Assembly: GCA_963825055.1 (NCBI GenBank)
Contig: CAWGSK010000010.1
Span: 1-39,786, forward strand
Direction of reading: 5' to 3'
DNA from: an uncultured Gemmatimonadales bacterium
GTDB lineage: Bacteria; Gemmatimonadota; Gemmatimonadetes; Gemmatimonadales; GWC2-71-9
DNA length: 39,786 bases
Shown here one piece after another: positions 8,603-17,730 of this stretch. Made by a program: the position numbers and the translations under genes. A model generated the notes under the pieces. The model was not told where the DNA came from. It ran no database searches and saw only the letters and a list, made by a program, of their open reading frames with translations. How positions within the stretch are numbered: the first letter of the stretch is position 1; the number at the start of each line of letters is the position of its first letter.

Positions 8603-9964
8603 GTGAATCTCCGCCCCGACCAGCTCCTTGCCGACGTGCTTGGCCACACCGGCCCCCTGAACATCCGGTCCCGGCTGGTGCGCGGAGCGGCTGCGAGTTT
8701 CGTGCTCAAGGCGGGCTTCACCGGCCTGACGCTGCTCTCCAGCATCATCCTCGCCCGGGTCATGGGGGCCACGGAGTTCGGATACTTCTCCTATGCGGTC
8801 GCCCTGGTCGGCCTGCTGGCGGTGCCCACCTCCCTGGGACTGCCCAACCTGCTGATCCGCTACCTCGCAGCCTATCGCGCCCGGAAGGAATGGGGCCTGA
8901 TGCGGGGGCTGCTGCTCCGCACGAACCAGGCGGTCGTGGCAGCATCGCTCCTCATCGGCGTCCTGTCGCTCGCGATACTCTGGCCATTGCGGGGGAGCTT
9001 CCCGGCGCTGCAACCGACCGTCTTCTGTATTTCGCTGCTCCTGCTGCCGCTCGGCACGCTCAATGCGCTGCGCGGAGCATCGCTCCGCGGTCTGCATCAT
9101 ACGGTCCTCGGGCAACTGCCGGAGGACCTTGTCCGTCCCGCCCTCCTCGTGATCCTGGTGGTGGGGGCCTGGCTGCTGGCGCGACCCGCCGGGCTGGATG
9201 CGGTCACAGCCATCGTCCTCCAGGTCATTGCCACGGCCGCCGCCTTCGCCATCGGGGCCTGGCTGCTGCTCACGCATATCCCGCCGGCGGCACGTAATGC
9301 CGTTCCGGCGTTCGAAGGCCGGGCATGGTTTCGCACCGCCATCCCCCTCCTCGCGCTGGGCGGGATGCAGGTCATCAACCAGCGAACCGACCTCATGATG
9401 CTGGGGATCTTCACCACACCCGCGGATGTCGGCATCTACCAGGTAGTCGTCCGTGGCGCGGACGTGGTCGCCTTTGCCCTGCTCGCCGTGGATCGCGTGA
9501 TCGCGCCCGAGTTCTCCCGCCTCTATACCCAGCGGGACCTCGCCCGCATGCAGCGGATCGTGACCGGCAGCACGCGGGTCGTCCTGCTGGTCACCATACC
9601 GGCCGTGCTGGTCATGGTGTTTTTCGGCCGGGCCATCCTCGACGCGTTCTTCGGTTCCGGATTTGCCGCGGGCGCACCGGCTCTCGCCATCCTGAGCGCC
9701 GGGCAGCTGGCCAATGCCACGATGGGGTCGGCGGGTTCCCTGCTGAACATGACGGGACACGAGGCGGACACCGCACGGAGCATCGTGATCTCCGCCGTGG
9801 TGAACGTGGCGCTCAACCTGTTCCTGATACCGCGGTTTGGGATCGTCGGGGCAGCAACAGCCACCGCCCTCAGCATCGTGGTCTGGAACCTGCTCCTCGG
9901 CTGGTGGGTCTATCGGCGGCTCGGAATCGTTCCTTCGGTCTTCGGCAGCCGCGCCACCCGCTGA
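8603..9964 (+). CDS. wzx: Wzx-type oligosaccharide flippase (MOP superfamily)
   Basis: Multi-TM. LARVMGATEFGYF, TDLMMLG...DVGIY, LLNMTGHE, LNLFLIPRFGIVGAATAT. Confidence 0.88.
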   Translation: MNLRPDQLLADVLGHTGPLNIRSRLVRGAAASFVLKAGFTGLTLLSSIILARVMGATEFGYFSYAVALVGLLAVPTSLGLPNLLIRYLAAYRARKEWGLMRGLLLRTNQAVVAASLLIGVLSLAILWPLRGSFPALQPTVFCISLLLLPLGTLNALRGASLRGLHHTVLGQLPEDLVRPALLVILVVGAWLLARPAGLDAVTAIVLQVIATAAAFAIGAWLLLTHIPPAARNAVPAFEGRAWFRTAIPLLALGGMQVINQRTDLMMLGIFTTPADVGIYQVVVRGADVVAFALLAVDRVIAPEFSRLYTQRDLARMQRIVTGSTRVVLLVTIPAVLVMVFFGRAILDAFFGSGFAAGAPALAILSAGQLANATMGSAGSLLNMTGHEADTARSIVISAVVNVALNLFLIPRFGIVGAATATALSIVVWNLLLGWWVYRRLGIVPSVFGSRATR

Positions 9965-10030
9965 CCTGCCTCCGTATCGCCGGAGGGCGACTCCCCCGGA
10001 TGGACGGGGCCGGCGGCGTACCCGACGGTC

Positions 10031-11131
10031 TCAAGGGCCATCGTCCGGCGCCACGGCCCTCCCGCTCCGGCGAGGGGCAAACACCCCGCCCAGGAAGCGT
10101 TGCCGCAGCCGGGAGAATTCGGCGTACTCCTCGGGGTAGGCCTGCCACTCCTGGTTGAAGTATTCCACTCCGAATGCGACAATGATCCCCAGGACGAACC
10201 CCAGTGCCAGGCCTGCCAGCCCGTTCCGGACCGCGTGCCGCCGCCGGAGGGCAGAACCGTCAGGGGCGTCCACCACGGTGATCACCGGGGTGTCGCGGAC
10301 CTCTGCGATCCTCGCCTGCTCATACGATTCCGCCAACCTCGTATAGAGCTGCTGCTGCAGGCCGATGATCCGCTCCAGCCGCTGTTCCTCGAACACGAGC
10401 CGGGGGGAATTCGCATAGCTGCGATTCCGCTCCAGGAACTTCCGGAGGGAGTCCTCCGTCTGGCCGAGCTGCGTCCGGGCCATGTCACGCCGCTGCTCGA
10501 CAAACCGCCGCTCCGCCGATGCGCGCGACTGGAGCTGCTCGATGTTGAACGTACTGACCAGCTCGAGCAGCCGGCTGGCGATCGCCTCGGCCAGCGCCGG
10601 CGCCTCCGCACGGACCTTCACCGTGATGAGGTTGGCGGACTGGTCCGCGGACACGTCGATCGCCTCCTGCGCGCGCCGGATGGCCGACTGGACGGCATGG
10701 TTCGTTGTGTCATCCCCGAAGCCATACACCTCGAGGAGCGTGGTGGAGGTGCTGTCGGCACAGCATCGATCCGTCTGGTACCGGTAACGGGTCAGGATCA
10801 GGTCACGGATCAGCTCGCGGGAGCGGAGCAGCGCGACGTAAAAGCCCAGCGACGGCTCGCCCGCACCGAGGCCGCCGAGGTTGATGCCCAGGGCCTGGGC
10901 AACACCCGCGGTGCCCTGCATGGTGGAGGATCGGGCTGACGGCGTGAAGGACGCCGTGGCCTGGTAGGAGGCTCGCAGTACGCTCCAGGCCACCGCGAGC
11001 ACCAGACCCGCCACGGCCAGCGTAAGGAGGAGTCGCCGCCAGCGCAGCAGGGTGTTGAGCAGCCCCGTCATGGTCAGCATGTCGGCTGCGCGCGGGTCCG
11101 TCGCGGGCGACGGTCGGACTGGGTCAACCAA
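10031..11131 (-). CDS. Polysaccharide co-polymerase / chain-length determinant (Wzz-like, no kinase domain)
   Basis: N- and C-terminal TM helices, YQATASF, LLRSREL, coiled coil, YEQARIAEVRDTPVITVVDAP. No Walker A motif. Confidence 0.82.
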   Translation of the reverse strand: MVDPVRPSPATDPRAADMLTMTGLLNTLLRWRRLLLTLAVAGLVLAVAWSVLRASYQATASFTPSARSSTMQGTAGVAQALGINLGGLGAGEPSLGFYVALLRSRELIRDLILTRYRYQTDRCCADSTSTTLLEVYGFGDDTTNHAVQSAIRRAQEAIDVSADQSANLITVKVRAEAPALAEAIASRLLELVSTFNIEQLQSRASAERRFVEQRRDMARTQLGQTEDSLRKFLERNRSYANSPRLVFEEQRLERIIGLQQQLYTRLAESYEQARIAEVRDTPVITVVDAPDGSALRRRHAVRNGLAGLALGFVLGIIVAFGVEYFNQEWQAYPEEYAEFSRLRQRFLGGVFAPRRSGRAVAPDDGP

Positions 11132-12434
11132 CGGTCACCTCGGAGAACGGAGGAGTGAGAGAGGGCTGGGCCTCGACCCAGAGGAGACTGAGAATGGGCG
11201 CAAGCGTCCCCGCCGGGATGGTCCCGGTAAGGGCGTGGCCGGCCACCATGCTGTGCAGGAGAAACCAGGCCAGGGCGAGAACGGCAGACTGGGAGACCAT
11301 CGAACCATATCGCCGCCGAACCACACGTGCATGACGGAGGAACCCGAGGTAGAACGCGTAGGCGAGCACCGTGAAGACGGCCCCGTAAGCCCCGAACATG
11401 TCCATCCAGTCCACCTCCGCCAGCGTCACGTCCGCCTGGACACCCAGCGCGCGCGCCACGCCACGGCCGTACGTGGTCATGCCCTGGCCGAACAGATCGC
11501 GCGACAGCGGCTGGTGCTCGACAGATTTCCAGGCCGCGACCACGCGCAAACCACGGACGAACGGGTTGTCGGCCAGCATCTGCAGTTTCTCCTGCTGCTT
11601 CCGCTCCGCCCGGATGTTCCGGAACTCCCACGCCGCCGCAACGCTGAGCGCCAGCAGGAGGGCCGCGACACCCAGGATGCCGACGAACACCCTTCGCCGA
11701 CCCGGGTAGAGGGACGACCGGTGAATCAGCAGCATCGCGACCGGCAGGGCGAAGGCGGCCAGCATCGCGGCGCGCGTCCCGATGATGAGCATGCCCGTGA
11801 ACCCGAGCATCGCCAGGAGCACGTACCGGATGCGCCGTTGCCGGATGGCAAGGTGCAGCGCGGCCACGAGCCCGATACCCAGCGCCACGGAGAGGTCATT
11901 CTGGGCGATGAACCAGCCCTTGCCGCCAACCTCGGCCTCGGCATAGGTATACTGCCCCAGCCCGGCCACCTTCAGCAACGCGATGCTCCCCCCCGCCACC
12001 CCGGCCACCCAGGCAACCGCGTCCAGGACACCTGGTGGATCGAGCCGGTAGCGCCTGAACAGGACTGCGAGCAGGAGCACGAGCGCCGGGCCATACAGCA
12101 CCTTGCTCAGAAGCGAGATGTCCTCCACCAGCATGGACCCATCCCCACCCCGCAGGAACGTCACGACCAGGCCGATGGCGCCGGACAGGCCCAGGGCGAC
12201 GACCCAGAGCTGCAGGCGACGAAGCCCGGGATGGACGACCCGGATCATGACCAGGAGTGCCCAGAGAAGCACCGCCCCCCGGGCCAGCTCAGACGGGGAT
12301 GGCACACCGACCAGCGCGCGTGAACCCCCGACCATCCCGTTGACCATGTCCACGAGGAGCAGGCCCGGGACCAGCATCAACAGGAGGAAGCGGCCCCGGA
12401 ACAGGCCTGCCGTGATCGTGCCGGTGGTGGTCAT
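11124..12434 (-). CDS. O-antigen polymerase/ligase (Wzy/WaaL-like)
   Basis: About 10-11 TM helices, GWFIAQND, IGTRAA, LFGQG, AEVDWMDMFGAYG, VAGHAL. ATG 12434 overlaps the upstream stop (ATGA). Confidence 0.75.
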   Translation of the reverse strand: MTTTGTITAGLFRGRFLLLMLVPGLLLVDMVNGMVGGSRALVGVPSPSELARGAVLLWALLVMIRVVHPGLRRLQLWVVALGLSGAIGLVVTFLRGGDGSMLVEDISLLSKVLYGPALVLLLAVLFRRYRLDPPGVLDAVAWVAGVAGGSIALLKVAGLGQYTYAEAEVGGKGWFIAQNDLSVALGIGLVAALHLAIRQRRIRYVLLAMLGFTGMLIIGTRAAMLAAFALPVAMLLIHRSSLYPGRRRVFVGILGVAALLLALSVAAAWEFRNIRAERKQQEKLQMLADNPFVRGLRVVAAWKSVEHQPLSRDLFGQGMTTYGRGVARALGVQADVTLAEVDWMDMFGAYGAVFTVLAYAFYLGFLRHARVVRRRYGSMVSQSAVLALAWFLLHSMVAGHALTGTIPAGTLAPILSLLWVEAQPSLTPPFSEVTVG

Positions 12435-13513
12435 CGGCCCGCCAGGTGGTTCGATCCGCCGGAAGCCCGTTCGGATCCCGCCCGCCTCGTCCCGGGAGGA
12501 CGCGCCTCCATCACGCCGCGGTAGACAGCCAGCACCCGCTCCGCCACCCACTCCGCATCCTGCCCCAGCTGCTCCAGTCGCCGCCGGCCGCCCTGGCCCC
12601 CACCGTGGCGAAGCGTACTGGCGAGGGCGTGGGCCAGCGCCCCGGGCTCGGCGGGCGCCAGGGCGCAGCCCGGGACTCCGGCAATTGTTTCCGGGATGTC
12701 GCCCACGGGGACCGAAACCACCGGGCGCTCACAGGCCAGCGCCTCCTTGACCACCATGTTCGCCCCCTCGTATCGCGAGGTGAGCAGCACGGCATCCACG
12801 GCGGCGAGATAGAGTGGAACCCGTTCCCGCGGGACCTGGGTGAGCAGGACGGGCTCGACCTGGTCCCGAAGTGGCGGCGGCAGGGCGGCGAGTGTGGAGA
12901 CAAAGAGCGGATAGTTCTTCACCGGGTTCGCGGGATGGCCCGGGAACAGCACCAGCCGCCGGTCCTGCGGCAGCCCGAGCTCGTCGCGTGCGCGCGCCCG
13001 GTTATCGGGGCGGAACAGCGCGAGATCGACCCCGCAGGGAATGACGTTGGTGTCCGCCCGTCCCAGTGCTCCTGCCAGGCGTTCCGATACACAGATGTTG
13101 GCCCCCGTCCGTCGTGCCGCGAGGCGGGACACGCCGCGCTGCCAGTCGAGGTAGAGGTCGCTCCCATGGAACGTGGCCACCACGGGGCACCGGGTCTGGG
13201 TAACCGCCACGGCCGCCGTCAATCCGTAGTGGGCGTGGAGCAGGTCGTAGCCCCGGTCCAGTTGCCGCCGCAACCGTGGGACGGCGAGGGCATACTGCAG
13301 CCGGGATCGGGTTCGGTCAATGGTCAGCACGTCCACCTGCATGGACGGCGCGCCCGCCCGGAGCGCCTCGACCTGCTCCTTCACGAATATGCCCGCCGAG
13401 GGCGTCGCGCGGGATGGCCACATGTTCGTCAGGACCAGAACCCGCGCGGGCAGGCTCACGGTTGCGGCAGGGTGGAGGCGAGACGGGGAAGGGTCGTCTT
13501 CACGGGCCCTCAT
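12431..13513 (-). CDS. GT4 glycosyltransferase (TuaC-like)
   Basis: VLVLTNMWPS...GIFVKEQ, LLHAHYG, TFHGSDL, VIPCGVD, LTSRYEGANMVVKEALAC. Confidence 0.88.
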   Translation of the reverse strand: MRAREDDPSPSRLHPAATVSLPARVLVLTNMWPSRATPSAGIFVKEQVEALRAGAPSMQVDVLTIDRTRSRLQYALAVPRLRRQLDRGYDLLHAHYGLTAAVAVTQTRCPVVATFHGSDLYLDWQRGVSRLAARRTGANICVSERLAGALGRADTNVIPCGVDLALFRPDNRARARDELGLPQDRRLVLFPGHPANPVKNYPLFVSTLAALPPPLRDQVEPVLLTQVPRERVPLYLAAVDAVLLTSRYEGANMVVKEALACERPVVSVPVGDIPETIAGVPGCALAPAEPGALAHALASTLRHGGGQGGRRRLEQLGQDAEWVAERVLAVYRGVMEARPPGTRRAGSERASGGSNHLAGR

Positions 13514-13693
13514 CAGGCGATTGCCGGCTGCGGAGACGGTTTCGTCGATCCCGTAATGCAGGGCGCACGGTCGTCATGGTCCGGGCAACTCCGGCCCAGC
13601 GGGCCACTCCGGACCGGTCAGGCCGACGCCCGGAGTCCTGGCGCAGCCACTGGCGTTCCTGCGGCGGGAAAGGCAGTGTAGAACGCGCCAAAC

Positions 13694-13716
13694 CTAATGG
13701 GCCGACACGCCATTAG
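13694..13716. promoter_or_regulatory. Palindrome CTAATGG-N9-CCATTAG between divergent glycosyltransferase genes
   Basis: Perfect 7-bp inverted repeat in a locally AT-richer intergenic region. Confidence 0.4.
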
Positions 13717-13767
13717 CCACGAACCTGCCCCTTGCCACGTATACCGTTCCGATCACCTTTACACCCC

Positions 13768-15000
13768 ATGTCTGCCCGATCCCGCACGCCAGCGTCGCTT
13801 CCACCGCCGTTCCGCCGGCCATTCGATGTCGTGCACATCGCCCACTCGACTTTTCCGGAAGATCCCCGCGTCCGCCGGGAAGCAGCGGTCTCGGCCGACC
13901 TGGGCGTGCGGGTCGCGGTCATCGTGCTCCGCGATGGCCGCGACCGCCGGCGCGTCTCGCGCTACGGACCGATGACCGTGGTCCGCCTGGAAGGCGGGCG
14001 CCGCCGGGGATGGGCGGGAAACTACCTCCTCGAATACCTGAGCTTCCTGTGGCGGGTCTGGACATTGATCCGCCGTGATCGGCGATTCCGGGATGCGCGG
14101 GTGTTCCACATCCATACCCTCCCGGATTTTCTCATCGGCGCCACCCGGCCCGCCCGGCGGAGCGGCGCCCGATTGATCCTCGACCTGCATGAGGTGTTTC
14201 CGGAGTTCACCCGGTCGAAGTTCGGGGGGTGGCCCGGCGCCGTGGGCGCCTGGATCGCCGGCTGGCTCGAGCGATGGTCGCGGCGACAGGCCGACGTCAC
14301 CATCACCGTCAACAGCGCCGTCGCGGACCAGCTCCGCACGCGCCCCGCGCGCGCCGGGGAACGCATCACGGTCATCCACAACTTCGCCGACCCAGCGGAA
14401 TTCGGACCGTTGCGGCCGCCGCAGGCCACAGCAGGCCGTACTCGCCTGGTCTATCATGGAACGGTGACACGGCTCTACGGCCTGGATCTGGCCGTGGCCG
14501 CGGTCGCCCTGGCGCAGTCAGAGGGCATCGATGCGACGTTCGACATCTGGGGGGACGGCCCCGAGCGGGATGCCCTCCGCCAGCAGATTGACAGCGCGGG
14601 CCTCGAAGGCATCGTGCAACTCCGGGGGACCCTGCCACACGACCAGCTCCGCCAGGTGCTGACCGGCTACGATGCCGGGTTGGTACCGACCCGCCTGGAC
14701 GTCATGACACGGTTCTCCCTGTCCACCAAACTCCTCGAATACATCCATCTTGGTATCCCGGTGGTGGTGCCGCGGATTCCCACGTACCTGCGCTACCTGC
14801 CCGAGCACGGGGCGTGGTACTTCGCCCCGGGATCGGCGGAAGCCGCGAGCCGGGCCCTGCGGGCATTCGCGGAGGCGGATGCGGGGGAACGCGTGGCGCG
14901 GGCGACCGCGGCCCAGGAGGCGTACGTTGCCCGGATCAACCCGGAGCGCGATGCCGGAATTCTGCGGGGGATCTACGAGGAGCTGCTCTCGCCCGCATAG
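13768..15000 (+). CDS. GT4 glycosyltransferase
   Basis: DPRVRREA, HIHTLPDFL, LILDLHE, LVYHGT, RYGLDL-like motif, STKLLEY. Start placed at ATG 13768. Confidence 0.87.
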   Translation: MSARSRTPASLPPPFRRPFDVVHIAHSTFPEDPRVRREAAVSADLGVRVAVIVLRDGRDRRRVSRYGPMTVVRLEGGRRRGWAGNYLLEYLSFLWRVWTLIRRDRRFRDARVFHIHTLPDFLIGATRPARRSGARLILDLHEVFPEFTRSKFGGWPGAVGAWIAGWLERWSRRQADVTITVNSAVADQLRTRPARAGERITVIHNFADPAEFGPLRPPQATAGRTRLVYHGTVTRLYGLDLAVAAVALAQSEGIDATFDIWGDGPERDALRQQIDSAGLEGIVQLRGTLPHDQLRQVLTGYDAGLVPTRLDVMTRFSLSTKLLEYIHLGIPVVVPRIPTYLRYLPEHGAWYFAPGSAEAASRALRAFAEADAGERVARATAAQEAYVARINPERDAGILRGIYEELLSPA

Positions 15001-16115
15001 AACGTCCGGACCGCACTGGCAACCCGCTCCGTCTGGGCCTCCTGCAGCGTGGGGAACATGGGCAGGCTCAGCAGTGCGTCGCAGATCCGTTCCGTGACGG
15101 GGAACTCCCCGCGACGGTATCCCAGGCCGGTATACGCGGGCTGGAGATGGAGTGGGACCGGATAGTGCAGGCCAGTGCCGATCCCCAGGCGGCCAAGATG
15201 TTCCTGCAGGGCATCGCGGCGCTCCGCACGGATTACATAGAGATGGTAGACATGATGGGCCCATGCCGCTTCTGTGGGGAGCCGCACCTGCGCCATGCCG
15301 GCCAGGGCCTCCCGATAGCGGGTGGCCGCGCGGCGACGCCCTTCCGTCCACTCGCCCATGCGAGGAAGCTTGATACGGAGGAATCCAGCCTGAATCGCGT
15401 GCAGCCGTCCGTTATATCCCTCGCTGACGTGGTCGTACTTCCGCCGCTGGCCGTGCTCCCGGAGTTGCCGCACGACCGCGAGTCGACGGGTGTCGGTGCC
15501 ACACACCGCACCTCCCTCACCGCATGAGCCCAGGTTCTTCCCCGGGTAGAAGCTGAAGCAGCTGAGGTCCGCCAGGCTGCCCACGACCCGCTCCCGATAC
15601 CGCGCCCCGTGCGCCTGGGCGGCATCTTCGATGACCCAGAGACCGTGGCGTGCGGCAACCGCACGGATGGGGTCCATGTCCGCCGGATGGCCGTACAGGT
15701 GGACAGGGATGACGCCGACCGTCCGCGAAGTCACCGCGGCCTCCAGGGCCGCCGGATCCATGGTCATCGTCTCCTCGTCCACGTCCACGAAGCGAGGCGT
15801 GCCCCCCGCCTGCGTGATGGCCTCCGTGGTGGCGATGAAGGTGTGCGGGACGGTGATGACCTCGTCGCCCGGAGCGATGTCCATGGCCTGGATCGCAAAT
15901 CGCAACGCGTCGGTCCCGCTGTTGACCCCGGCGCACCATGGGGTCCCGGCGAAGGTGGCGAATGCCTCTTCGAACGCCTGGACCTCGGGACCGCCGACAA
16001 ACGCCGCGGAATGCAGCGCCGCGCGGAACGAGGCAACCAGCTCTTCTTCGAGGTCGCGGTGCGGGGTAACGAGGTCGAGAAACGGAATGGGATCGGAGGT
16101 GGACAACGGCGTCAT
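14973..16115 (-). CDS. DegT/DnrJ/EryC1/StrS PLP aminotransferase (WbpE/WlbC-like)
   Basis: GVNSGTDAL, TFIAT, IPVHLYG, IEDAAQAHGA, FSFYPGKNLG, HVYHLYVI, LSLPMFP. Confidence 0.93.
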   Translation of the reverse strand: MTPLSTSDPIPFLDLVTPHRDLEEELVASFRAALHSAAFVGGPEVQAFEEAFATFAGTPWCAGVNSGTDALRFAIQAMDIAPGDEVITVPHTFIATTEAITQAGGTPRFVDVDEETMTMDPAALEAAVTSRTVGVIPVHLYGHPADMDPIRAVAARHGLWVIEDAAQAHGARYRERVVGSLADLSCFSFYPGKNLGSCGEGGAVCGTDTRRLAVVRQLREHGQRRKYDHVSEGYNGRLHAIQAGFLRIKLPRMGEWTEGRRRAATRYREALAGMAQVRLPTEAAWAHHVYHLYVIRAERRDALQEHLGRLGIGTGLHYPVPLHLQPAYTGLGYRRGEFPVTERICDALLSLPMFPTLQEAQTERVASAVRTFYAGESSSS

Positions 16116-16156
16116 ATCCAGGTCAGGTGCCAGGGGGAATCAGGAAGGTGTTCACG

Positions 16157-16645
16157 TTACCGCTCGACGGCCCGGGCCGGGTTGCCGACAACGGTCGCGC
16201 CGGCAGGTACATCCCTGGTCACGACCGCGCCCGCACCGACCAGGGCGTCCTCGCCGACCGTGATGCCGGCGAGCAGGATAGCCCCGGTGCCGATCGAGGC
16301 CCGGCGCCTGATGCGTGTCGGCACGACGGCCCAGTCCTCCGCCGCCTGCCGGCTGCCATCGGGGTTGGTGGCGCGCGGGTGAAGATCGTTGATGAAGTTC
16401 ACGTTATGGCCGATGAAGACTTCGTCCTCGATCGTCACGCCTTCGCAGATGAACGTATGACTCTGGATCTTGCAACGGGCGCCGATCGTGGCCCCCCGCT
16501 GGATTTCCACGAACGTCCCGATCGAGGTTTCGTCGCCAATGGCGCACCCGTAGAGGTTCACGAAGGCATGCAGGCGCACGCCACGTCCGAGGACCACGTC
16601 GGTCGCGATGCGGCGCAGCGCGACATCCTGCTGCTCCGGCGTCAT
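16157..16645 (-). CDS. Hexapeptide-repeat N-acetyltransferase (WbpD/WlbB-like)
   Basis: FVNLYGCAIGDETSIGTFVEIQ, SHTFICEGVTIEDEVFIGH, VGAGAVVTRDVP...VVGNPAR. ATG 16645 overlaps the upstream stop. Confidence 0.88.
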   Translation of the reverse strand: MTPEQQDVALRRIATDVVLGRGVRLHAFVNLYGCAIGDETSIGTFVEIQRGATIGARCKIQSHTFICEGVTIEDEVFIGHNVNFINDLHPRATNPDGSRQAAEDWAVVPTRIRRRASIGTGAILLAGITVGEDALVGAGAVVTRDVPAGATVVGNPARAVER

Positions 16646-17685
16646 GGGACGTGGGCCGCGACGGCGGGCATGGCAATGCGGGCCCCGTCCTGATCGATCG
16701 AACGTTGCGCCGCATCCAGGATGCGCACCACCCGCAGTCCGGACCACCCGTCAGAGACCAGGGGTGACCTTCCCGTCGCAGCCTGGACGATGTTTTCGAC
16801 CTCTGAGGCCAGGGCTTCCGTCGTATCCAGCTTCGGGGCGTGCATGTCGCCCGACCGGTAGCTGATCATCCAGGGGTACTCGCTCTCGGGTGTGGTGTCC
16901 TGCGAGATCAGGACTCCCTTGTCGTACACCTTGAGCTTTTCGCTCGGCTCCATGTCGTCGTAGATGAGCATGCGCTTGCTCCCGCCGACAATGGTCTGCC
17001 TGACCTTGGCCGGGGCCAGCCAGTTCACGTGCACGTGGGCCAGGAGCGAGTGGGGGTAGTGCACGTTCACGTAGGCGATGTTCTCCGTGGGGCTTCCGCC
17101 ATGACACGCTCCCGTGGCCGACACGGCAACCGGCTCATCGCGGATCAGGTAATCCATGATGCTGACGTCATGGGGGGCAAGGTCCCAGATCACGTTCACG
17201 TCGGTCTGGATCAGGCCGAGGTTGATGCGCACGGAGTCGAAGTAGTAGAGATCGCCGATCTCGCCACGGTCCACCAGCTCCTTCATCTTCTGCACCGCGC
17301 CGGTGAAGACAAACGTATGATCCACGGCGAGCAGCACACCCTGGCGCTCGGCGAGGAGACAGAGTTCCTCGGCATCCTCCACCCGCGTGGCGAGCGGCTT
17401 CATCACCAGGACATGCTTCCCCGCCTCGATGGCGGCCCGGGCCAGCTCGAAGTGGGTGAAACTCGGCGTCGCAATGACCACGAGGTCCACATCCGGGGAG
17501 GCGCACACCATCACCGGGTCTTCCGTCACGAGCGGCACACGGAACTCCGCTCCGACCCGGCGCACCCGGTCCGGCCGGGTATCGCACACTGCGGTCACCT
17601 GACTGCCCTGGTTGCGGGAGAAGTTCCGCACGAGGTTCGGGCCCCAGTATCCGCAACCGATCACGCCGGCGCGCAGTGCCACCAT
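16642..17685 (-). CDS. Gfo/Idh/MocA oxidoreductase (WbpB/WlbA-like nucleotide-sugar 3-dehydrogenase)
   Basis: GVIGCGYWGPNLVRNF, AGKHVLVMKPLA, RINLG, WDLAPHD, HVNWLAPAKVR. Confidence 0.88.
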   Translation of the reverse strand: MVALRAGVIGCGYWGPNLVRNFSRNQGSQVTAVCDTRPDRVRRVGAEFRVPLVTEDPVMVCASPDVDLVVIATPSFTHFELARAAIEAGKHVLVMKPLATRVEDAEELCLLAERQGVLLAVDHTFVFTGAVQKMKELVDRGEIGDLYYFDSVRINLGLIQTDVNVIWDLAPHDVSIMDYLIRDEPVAVSATGACHGGSPTENIAYVNVHYPHSLLAHVHVNWLAPAKVRQTIVGGSKRMLIYDDMEPSEKLKVYDKGVLISQDTTPESEYPWMISYRSGDMHAPKLDTTEALASEVENIVQAATGRSPLVSDGWSGLRVVRILDAAQRSIDQDGARIAMPAVAAHVP

Positions 17686-17730
17686 GTACCTCCATCATTT
17701 CGGGCCGGTGCCCGGAGATGGTCGCGCGCG

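Noticed and set aside
7877..9760. 627-aa minus-strand ORF
   Set aside because: Antisense to the flippase and out of frame with the glycosyltransferase. No recognisable domain.
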